From: Candidatus Krumholzibacteriia bacterium
Lineage (GTDB): Bacteria; Krumholzibacteriota; Krumholzibacteriia; LZORAL124-64-63
Assembly (NCBI GenBank): GCA_046484865.1
Contig: JAWOID010000057.1
Span: 1 to 33,158 of the forward strand
DNA: 33,158 nucleotides
Reading direction: 5' to 3'
The translations under genes and the position numbers were made by a program. Under the pieces are notes generated by a model, which saw nothing but the letters and a program-made list of their open reading frames with translations, was not told the origin of the DNA and ran no database searches. Every line of letters starts with the position of its first letter. Positions within the stretch are counted from its first letter, which is position 1. This document shows, in pieces, positions 26,328 to 33,158 of the stretch.

Positions 26328-27983
26328 ATGGCCCACAAGACGATGCCGCGCGAGGAGATGCTCGAATTCTCGCTCAATCCGCGCACGGCAGATTGGCTCG
26401 ACGCATCCAGGACGGAATTGAAGGCCGGCCGCTGGAGCTACGCCGGTTCCCCCGAGTCGCTGGAGTACCTCGGTCTGCCCAACCCGCGCCAGTGGTCGCC
26501 CGCGGACGACGACTGGAAGCTGCCGCCCAACTGGATGGAGATCCTGCACGACGGCATGCACAAGCGGCTCGGCAAGTACCGGTCGTTCAAGCTGTTCATG
26601 GACATCTGCGTGCGCTGCGGCGCCTGCGCCGACAAGTGCCACTTCTTCCTGGGCGGCGGCGACCCCAAGAACATGCCGGTGATGCGCGCCGAACTGATGC
26701 GCTCGATCTACCGCAAGGACTTCACTCTGGCGGGGAAGCTGTTCGGCAAGATCGCCGGGGCCCGGCCCATGAACGAGGACGTGCTGAAGGAGTGGTTCTA
26801 CTACTTCTATCAGTGCACCGAGTGCCGTCGCTGCTCGGTCTTCTGCCCTTACGGCATCGACACGGCCGAGATCACCATGATGGCGCGCGAGCTGATGAAC
26901 GAGCTGGGCGTCTCCATCAACTGGATCACGAAGCCGGCGGCCGACTGCCAGCGCACAGGCAACCACCTGGGCGTGCCGCCCCACGCGTTCAAGGACAGCG
27001 TCGAGTTCGCCTCCGAGGACATCAAGGACATCACCGGCCTCGACGTGGAGATCCCCATCATGAAGAAGGGGGCCGAGGTCCTGTTCGTGATGCCGTCGGC
27101 CGACTACGCCGGCAATCCGCACTACTACACGATGCTGGGCTACTTCATGCTGCTGCACGAGTGCGGGCTCGAATACACCGTGAGCGCCTACGCCAGCGAG
27201 GGCGGCAACTTCGGCCTCTTCCATTCCACCGAGATGATGAGACGGCTCAACGGCAAGATCTACGCGGAGGCCAAACGGCTGGGCGTGAAGTGGATCCTGG
27301 GCGGCGAGTGCGGCCACATGTGGCGCGTGCTGCACCAGTACATGGATACGCTGAACGGCCCGGCCGACTTCCTGGAGGTGCCGCGCAGCCCGATCACCGG
27401 CACGGTGTTCGAGAACGCGCGCACCTCGAAGGTGGTGCACATCTGCGAGTTCACCGCCGACCTGATCCAGCACGGCAAGATCAAGCTCGATCCCAGCCGC
27501 AACGACCACTGGACGCCCACGTTCCACGACTCCTGCAACCCGGCGCGGGCGCTGGGGCTGCTGGAAGAGCCGCGCTACATCCTGCGCAACGTCAGCAACA
27601 AGTTCGTGGAGATGCCGGAGGGGACCACCCGCGAGCAGACCTTCTGTTGTGGCGCCGGGTCGGGCCTGGGCACCGACGAGAACATGGAGATGCGCCTGCG
27701 CGGCGGCATGCCGCGGGGCAACGCCCTGCGCTTCGTCAAGGACAAGCACGGGGTCAACATCATGACGTGCATCTGCGCCATCGACAAGGCCACGCTACCC
27801 GCCCTGGCCGACTACTGGGCGGGCGACGTGGAGATCGGCGGCGTGCACGAGCTGGTGGGCAACGCCCTCGTCATGACGGGCGAGCAGAAGCGCACCATGG
27901 ACTTGCGCATGGAACCGCTCCCGGACCAGGAGGCCGACGCCGAATCCGCCGTGGAGCCGGGAAAGGAGGCCGTCGATGTATGA
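26328..27983 (+). CDS. dsrK: DsrK, HdrD-like Fe-S/CCG subunit
   Basis: CVRCGACADKC, CTECRRCSVFCPYGID, GECGHMWR, FHDSCNPAR, FCCGAGSG, CAID. Confidence 0.96.
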   Translation: MAHKTMPREEMLEFSLNPRTADWLDASRTELKAGRWSYAGSPESLEYLGLPNPRQWSPADDDWKLPPNWMEILHDGMHKRLGKYRSFKLFMDICVRCGACADKCHFFLGGGDPKNMPVMRAELMRSIYRKDFTLAGKLFGKIAGARPMNEDVLKEWFYYFYQCTECRRCSVFCPYGIDTAEITMMARELMNELGVSINWITKPAADCQRTGNHLGVPPHAFKDSVEFASEDIKDITGLDVEIPIMKKGAEVLFVMPSADYAGNPHYYTMLGYFMLLHECGLEYTVSAYASEGGNFGLFHSTEMMRRLNGKIYAEAKRLGVKWILGGECGHMWRVLHQYMDTLNGPADFLEVPRSPITGTVFENARTSKVVHICEFTADLIQHGKIKLDPSRNDHWTPTFHDSCNPARALGLLEEPRYILRNVSNKFVEMPEGTTREQTFCCGAGSGLGTDENMEMRLRGGMPRGNALRFVKDKHGVNIMTCICAIDKATLPALADYWAGDVEIGGVHELVGNALVMTGEQKRTMDLRMEPLPDQEADAESAVEPGKEAVDV

Positions 27984-28416
27984 CGCCGGCAAGGTGATGG
28001 CGGGGCTGGCGATCTTCGTCGGAATCGTCAGTGCCCCGCTCTGGTACGGCGCCCTCTCGGGGCAGGCCGGCCGGGTGCCCGAGGTGGAACTGGCGCCGGG
28101 ACTCGAGGGCCGGACATGCGTCCGCGACGCCGCCTACATGCGCGCCAACCACATGGACCTGCTCAACCACTGGCGCGACCGCGTGGTGCGCGAGGGTGAG
28201 CGGATCGACCGGACCGACGGCCACGGCGCCCACGTGATGAGCCTGCAGAACACGTGCATGGGCTGCCACAGCAACCAGGCCGAGTTCTGCGACCGCTGCC
28301 ACGACTACATGGGCGTGCAGCCGTACTGCTGGGAGTGCCACGTGGAGCCCACGGCCGGCGGCGTCCTGGAACGAGAGCCCGTGACGGACGTGACCATGAG
28401 AGGAGGCGGGCTGTGA
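27976..28416 (+). CDS. dsrJ: DsrJ, triheme cytochrome c
   Basis: N-terminal TM helix; MRANHMDLLNHWRDRVVREG; CMGCH, CDRCH, CWECH. Confidence 0.95.
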   Translation: MYDAGKVMAGLAIFVGIVSAPLWYGALSGQAGRVPEVELAPGLEGRTCVRDAAYMRANHMDLLNHWRDRVVREGERIDRTDGHGAHVMSLQNTCMGCHSNQAEFCDRCHDYMGVQPYCWECHVEPTAGGVLEREPVTDVTMRGGGL

Positions 28417-29189
28417 GCGTCGATCGCCGCGATTTCCTGAGACTGGCCGGCCTCGCCGGCGCCGCCGCGGCGGTGACGGGCAAGGCGGCCGGCGCCGTCG
28501 CCCAGACATTGCCCGTGGTCGCCGAGTACGAGCGCCCCCTGGAGGGACGGCGCTGGGCCATGGTGGTGGACCTGCGCAAGTGGACCGAGGAGGATTCCCG
28601 GCTCACGCGCGAGGCGTGCCACCGGGTCCACAACGTGCCGGAATTCGAGAGCCCCAAGGATGAGATCAGGTGGATCTGGACCGAGAAGTTCGAGCACGCC
28701 TTCCACGAGGTGGAGGATCACCACCACCTGGCCGAACGCATCAAGCACATGGACGTGCCGCTGCTCTGCAACCACTGCGACAACCCGCCCTGCACGCGCG
28801 TCTGCCCCACGCAGGCCACCTGGAAACGCGAGAAGGACGGCGTGGTGATGATGGACTGGCATCGCTGCATCGGCTGTCGCTACTGCATCGCCGCCTGTCC
28901 GTACGGCTCGCGCAGCTTCAACTGGCGTGACCCGCGGCCGCACATCGCGAACATCGGCCACGAATTCCCCACCCGGCAACGCGGGGTGGTGGAAAAGTGC
29001 ACGCTCTGCGAGGAGAGGCTCTCCCGCGGGCAGATCCCCGCCTGCGTGGAGGCGTGCCGATCCGGCGCCATGGTGTTCGGCGATCTCGAGGATCCGGACT
29101 CGCAGGTGAGGAAGCTCCTGGCGGAGAACTACACCATCCGCCGCAAGCCGAATCTGGGCACCCAGCCCGAGGTCTACTACATCGTCTAA
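28413..29189 (+). CDS. dsrO: DsrO, Tat-exported ferredoxin subunit
   Basis: GTG start overlapping the dsrJ stop; DRRDFL Tat motif; CNHCDNPPCTRVCP, CIGCRYCIAACPYG, KCTLC..PACVEAC. Confidence 0.95.
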   Translation: MSVDRRDFLRLAGLAGAAAAVTGKAAGAVAQTLPVVAEYERPLEGRRWAMVVDLRKWTEEDSRLTREACHRVHNVPEFESPKDEIRWIWTEKFEHAFHEVEDHHHLAERIKHMDVPLLCNHCDNPPCTRVCPTQATWKREKDGVVMMDWHRCIGCRYCIAACPYGSRSFNWRDPRPHIANIGHEFPTRQRGVVEKCTLCEERLSRGQIPACVEACRSGAMVFGDLEDPDSQVRKLLAENYTIRRKPNLGTQPEVYYIV

Positions 29190-29198
29190 GGAGCGGTC

Positions 29199-30356
29199 AT
29201 GCTGGAGAAGGCACTGCGCGGAGGACGCGCCTACTGGACCTGGCTGGGAATCCTGGCGGCGATCATCCTGGTCGGTCTCGTCATGTACGTGCGCCAGGCC
29301 CAGACGGGACTCGCCATCACCGGACTCAGCCGCGACGTGACCTGGGGCTTCTACATCGCCCAGTTCACGTTCCTGGTGGGCGTGGCGGCTTCGGCCGTGA
29401 TGGTGGTGCTCCCCTACTACCTGCACAACCACAAGGTCTTCGGGAAGATGACGGTGCTCGGTGAGTTCCTCGCCATCGCCGCGGTGATCATGTGCATGCT
29501 GTTCATCATGGTGGACCTCGGGAACCCGCGGCGGGCCATGAACATCATGCTGCATCCGTCGCCCCGGTCGGTGATGTTCTGGGACATGATCGTCTGCCTG
29601 GGCTACCTGTTCCTCAACGTGCTCATCTCGCACGTGACCCTCGACTCGGAGCGCAAGGGCATCGCGCCGCCGACCTGGATCAAGCCGTTCATCATCATCT
29701 CGATCCCCTGGGCCATCAGCATCCACACGGTGACGGCGTTCCTGTACAGCGGCCTGGCGGCCCGGCCGTTCTGGCTCACCGCCATCATGACGCCGCGCTT
29801 CCTGGCCACCGCGTTCGCCGCCGGCCCGGCGCTGCTGCTGCTCATCTGCATGCTGCTGCGGCGCAAGACCCGGTTCGACGTGGGCGAGGAACCCATCCGC
29901 AAGCTGGCGGTCGTGGTCACGTACGCGATGATCGCCAACCTGTTCTTCCTGGCGCTGGAGGTCTTCACGGCGCTGTACAGCGACATTCCCGAGCATGTGG
30001 CGCACTTCACCTACCTGTTCGCCGGGCTGGGCGAGGCGGGCCAGCTGGCGCCGTTCATGTGGGCGTCGGTGATCCTGGGCCTGGCATCGCTGGTGCTGCT
30101 GATCAATCCGCGCTTCCGCAACGACCTGCGCATCCTGCCGTGGGCCCTGGGGGCGGTGTTCGTCTCCATCTGGATCGACAAGGGCATGGGCCTGGTGGTG
30201 GCGGGCTTCGTGCCGGGTGTGCTCGGGCACGTGGTGGAGTACTCGCCGACCCTGCCCGAACTGCTGATCACGCTGGGGGTGTACGGGATCGGGCTGTTCA
30301 TCCTGACCGTGCTGTTCAAGATCGCGCTCACGCTGCGGGGGCACGTGGCGCGGTAG
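29199..30356 (+). CDS. dsrP: DsrP, NrfD-family membrane subunit
   Basis: TGLSRDVTWGFYIAQFTFLVGVAAS, VDLGNP, SIPWAISIHTVTAF, PRFLATAFAAGPA, WIDKG. Confidence 0.96.
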   Translation: MLEKALRGGRAYWTWLGILAAIILVGLVMYVRQAQTGLAITGLSRDVTWGFYIAQFTFLVGVAASAVMVVLPYYLHNHKVFGKMTVLGEFLAIAAVIMCMLFIMVDLGNPRRAMNIMLHPSPRSVMFWDMIVCLGYLFLNVLISHVTLDSERKGIAPPTWIKPFIIISIPWAISIHTVTAFLYSGLAARPFWLTAIMTPRFLATAFAAGPALLLLICMLLRRKTRFDVGEEPIRKLAVVVTYAMIANLFFLALEVFTALYSDIPEHVAHFTYLFAGLGEAGQLAPFMWASVILGLASLVLLINPRFRNDLRILPWALGAVFVSIWIDKGMGLVVAGFVPGVLGHVVEYSPTLPELLITLGVYGIGLFILTVLFKIALTLRGHVAR

Positions 30357-30638
30357 CGGCGGGAACGACGCTCGCGACGGCCGGACGGCCGCGCGCGCAC
30401 CGGCCCGGACGCCGGCGAACGACGATGATGCGGGCCGCTCCGGCAGGGGCGGCCCGCCGGCGTTCCCTGATCAGCCGGTCGCCACCGCCGCGGGGCGCGC
30501 CGGGGTGATCGGACCGCCGCATGCGACTGCCCGGACCTGCTCAGGGCCATTCCCGAGTTTTCCCCATGGGAACTGAAGGAATTCCGCTCTTGGGTGTGCA
30601 GACGCGGCGCGGCGCGGGTGCGGCGAGGTGGCCGGCGG

Positions 30639-30698
30639 CGGCATCGACCCCGGCATCGACCCCGGCATCGACCTCGGCATCGACCCCGGCATCGACCC
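30639..30698. repeat. Intergenic VNTR, 5 x 12 bp
   Basis: CGGCATCGACCC x5 (third copy ends in T). Confidence 0.95.
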
Positions 30699-30799
30699 CG
30701 GAATGGCTCGCGCCGCCGGTATCTCCGCCCGCAATGAGATGGACGCCGGTGGGGGACGCGACGGGACAGGTGTGGACATATCGCAAGGGAGAACGAGGC

Positions 30800-31516
30800 A
30801 TGGACAATCAACGACCACACGCGTCGACGGGTGGTCCGGACCAGGGCCGTACCGCGGATGACGCGAAAAACGAGGATCGGCACACGGTGCAGGGACTGAA
30901 GGACCAGGGTCGCGAGAAGTCCGAGCAGTTGAAGCAGAAGGGCCGCGAGGTCGTCGACGAGGCGAAGCACAAGGCGGCCGACCAGGTCGATCACCGGACC
31001 TCTCAGGCGGCGGACCGGCTGCAGTCGGTTGTGCACGCGCTGAGTTCTGCCGCCGAGCGCCTCGACGAGGAAGGCGAGGGTCAGCTCTCCGACTTCGCCC
31101 GTCAGGCCGCCGGCCAGGTCGACCGCGTCACGGGCTATCTCCGCGACCAGGATGCGGGTTCGATGGTGGCCGACCTCGAGGACCAGGCCCGGTCGCATCC
31201 GGGTACCTTCCTGGGGACCTCCTTCGCCGCCGGGGTGGCGCTCGGACGCTTCCTGCGGGCCTCGGAACCGCGGCGGCCGGCTGCCACGCACGAGAGCGGC
31301 CGCGCGGATGGATCTCCGCGTCCCGCCTCGAGCTATGGGGCCGGCTCCGACTTCGGAACCGGCTCCGACTACGGGACCGGCTCCGACTACGCCACCGGAC
31401 CGAGCCGGGGAGCCGGCGCGGCACCCCGGACCTCTGCCGGCATCGATCCGGCTCGAGGCGACGATGATCTGACACACGGCGGCGACGACCTGGGCCGCCC
31501 GTCCGGGAGGTCATGA
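30800..31516 (+). CDS. Hydrophilic stress-type protein (ElaB/YqjD-like C-terminal anchor)
   Basis: GAGG RBS; charged helical region, then ARSHPGTFLGTSFAAGVALGRFLRAS; G(A/T)GSD(F/Y) repeats. Confidence 0.75.
   Translation: MDNQRPHASTGGPDQGRTADDAKNEDRHTVQGLKDQGREKSEQLKQKGREVVDEAKHKAADQVDHRTSQAADRLQSVVHALSSAAERLDEEGEGQLSDFARQAAGQVDRVTGYLRDQDAGSMVADLEDQARSHPGTFLGTSFAAGVALGRFLRASEPRRPAATHESGRADGSPRPASSYGAGSDFGTGSDYGTGSDYATGPSRGAGAAPRTSAGIDPARGDDDLTHGGDDLGRPSGRS
31340..31396 (+). repeat. In-frame 18-bp tandem repeat x3 (GSDF/GSDY units)
   Basis: CCGGCTCCGACTWCG recurs at 18-bp spacing. Confidence 0.8.
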
Positions 31517-31968
31517 TGGAGGGACAACGTGAACCCACGGTCGGCGCGCGGGACGAACGTTCGCTGGGCGAGCTGATCAAGGAACTCGGAGGCGAGAGCA
31601 GCCGCCTGCTCCGCGAGGAAGTCCAGCTCGCCAAGGCCGAGATGAACGAGAAGGTCGAGGTCTACAAGAGCAGCCTCGTGAAGATGATGATCGGCGTCGG
31701 ACTGCTGCTCGGTGCGCTCGTGGTGCTGCTGGCGGCGGTCAACCGCGGCCTCACCGTCCTGCTGGGCCAGTTCATGTCGGCGGAGGTGGCCGTCTGGGTC
31801 GCGCCGCTGATCCTGGCGATCATCTTCGGGCTCATCGGCTGGAGCATGCTCAAGGGCGCGCAGAAGGCCATGAAGGACGAGGGCATGACACCCCACCGCA
31901 CCGTGGATTCGCTCCGGTCCGACCGGGACTGGGCGAAGCGGGAAGTGAAGGAGAGGCGCAATGGCTGA
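31513..31968 (+). CDS. Phage-holin-like (YhjD/holin-X type) two-TM membrane protein
   Basis: ERSLGELIKEL..LLREEVQLAKAEM, two TM helices, PHRTVDSLRSD. Confidence 0.85.
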   Translation: MMEGQREPTVGARDERSLGELIKELGGESSRLLREEVQLAKAEMNEKVEVYKSSLVKMMIGVGLLLGALVVLLAAVNRGLTVLLGQFMSAEVAVWVAPLILAIIFGLIGWSMLKGAQKAMKDEGMTPHRTVDSLRSDRDWAKREVKERRNG

Positions 31969-32911
31969 CCCGCGTGAAGAAAGCCGGAGCACCAGCGAGA
32001 TCCGGCGCGATATCGAGGACACGCGCGCCGACATGCACGAGACCGTCGACGCGCTGGAACGGAAGCTCTCACCCGGCCAGCTGCTGGATCAGCTGTGGGA
32101 CCGCGTGGGACGAGGCGGGGCGGGCGCCGTCGGCGACGTCGTGCGCGAGCATCCCGTGCCGCTGGCCATGGTCGGGGCCGGCCTGGCGTGGCTCGCGATC
32201 GAGAAGGCCACCGACTCGGGTCGCGACACCGGCATCGAGGACGATGCCGCGAATCGCCGCGGCGCCTACGGCTGGGAACCGGAGGGGTCGAGGAGCGATC
32301 GGGCCACTGGCAAGGCGGAGGCGGTCAAGGACAAGGCAGGCGCGGCCATCGGTGCCGCGAAGGACCGGGTGGGGTCGGCCGTGGATGCCGTGAAGGACAA
32401 GGCTTCCCATGCCGGCGACGCCGCGAGCGATCAGGCCGGAGGGGTCAAGGATAGCGCCCGGTCGGCTGCGCACCGGATCGGTGACGAGGCCAGTCACCGC
32501 GGCCGCCAGGTGAAGCGCGGCTTCTGGTCCGCGCTCGAGGAGCAGCCGCTCGCCATGGGCGCGGTGGCGTTCGGTCTCGGTCTGGCCAGCGGGTTGTCGG
32601 TTCCCGGCAGCCGCTGGGAGGACCGGGCCATGGGCAGTGCTGCCGAGGGCGTGAAGGAGACGGCGAAATCGGCGGCCCAGGACCTCGGTGAAAGCGCTCG
32701 GCGGGTGGCCAATGACACCGTCGAAGCGGCCAAGCAGGAAGCCGATCGGCAGGGCGTCGCCGGGAACCTGAAGGAGTCGGCGCAGAGCGTCGCCCAGGAG
32801 GCGAAGCAGACGGCCCGGACGCGAGCCGAACAGGAAGACCTCGACCCTGAGGGCCTGAAGTCCCGGGCAGCCGAGGCAGGCGAGAGCGCGCAGAAAAAGT
32901 CGCGCGAGTGA
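31961..32911 (+). CDS. DUF3618 domain protein with LEA-like repeats
   Basis: EIRRDIEDTRADMHETVDALERKLSP, REHPVPLAMVGAGLAW, EEQPLAMGAVAFGLG, WEDRAMG. Confidence 0.85.
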   Translation: MADPREESRSTSEIRRDIEDTRADMHETVDALERKLSPGQLLDQLWDRVGRGGAGAVGDVVREHPVPLAMVGAGLAWLAIEKATDSGRDTGIEDDAANRRGAYGWEPEGSRSDRATGKAEAVKDKAGAAIGAAKDRVGSAVDAVKDKASHAGDAASDQAGGVKDSARSAAHRIGDEASHRGRQVKRGFWSALEEQPLAMGAVAFGLGLASGLSVPGSRWEDRAMGSAAEGVKETAKSAAQDLGESARRVANDTVEAAKQEADRQGVAGNLKESAQSVAQEAKQTARTRAEQEDLDPEGLKSRAAEAGESAQKKSRE

Positions 32912-32919
32912 CGTTCCCA

Positions 32920-33158
32920 TCAGACCGGGCGTGAGGCGACCTCGCCATCCGCCCGGCCCGGAGCCGGTACCTCGCTGGCGGTGCCGATCCAGCACGAGGG
33001 GGATCCGCCGCCGTTCGCGGCCGGCGCCGTGCGTGCGCGGAACCACAGGTAGCCCCCTTCGCGGCTGCGCAAGGGGAAGCTGTCCTCCCACGGCTCGGAG
33101 GCGGCGAAGGCGCGCGCCAGCCCGCGCACCACGCGTCCCAGATGATGCGGGTGGTGCA
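32920..33158 (-). CDS. 3' end of a PAS/PAC domain protein (truncated by window edge)
   Basis: Frame is open to the window end: HHPHHLGRVVRGLARAFAASEPWEDSFPLRSREGGYLWFRARTAP...WIGTASEV (HP.. and PAC motifs). Confidence 0.75.
   Translation of the reverse strand, partial: HHPHHLGRVVRGLARAFAASEPWEDSFPLRSREGGYLWFRARTAPAANGGGSPSCWIGTASEVPAPGRADGEVASRPV

Noticed and set aside
30639..30698. Possible CRISPR array
   Set aside because: 12-bp units are contiguous without spacers; no cas genes
31513..31968. Prophage suggested by the holin-like gene
   Set aside because: No endolysin, integrase or structural genes; this family is commonly chromosomal beside DUF3618

Overview
High-GC bacterial chromosomal window, mostly ordinary core genes. 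It opens with the 5' part of a Zn-ribbon/HTH transposase-like ORF that runs off the left edge and is not in the ORF track. A loose DNA-repair neighbourhood follows (mpg, DUF72, Fpg/Nei, with a perfect 45-bp tandem duplication of the Fpg 3' end), then DUF2891, a Tat-exported SDR/epimerase and lipoproteins. A ~1.3-kb gene-free region (6926-8252) is dense in stem-loops. It includes a three-way junction with two C-rich loops, mutually exclusive helices and a + strand intrinsic terminator; this is the best candidate for an unannotated structured ncRNA. Next come a beta-decarboxylating dehydrogenase, a GT-C-like membrane protein, methyltransferases (TehB-like, MenG/UbiE, TrmJ-like, RlmD), an ACT protein behind a structured leader, a parvulin, NlpC/P60, scattered signalling genes (Hpt, HDOD, CheY-CheX), thiI, pgi and a DVU0298-like gene. 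A complete rsbRD-like-dsrMKJOP operon has a sigma70 promoter overlapped by a Rex-like palindrome, with no dsrAB/C in the window. The window ends with a 12-bp VNTR, a three-gene holin-like/DUF3618 cassette and a truncated PAS-domain gene. All family calls come from motif recognition by eye; no database search or folding program was run.
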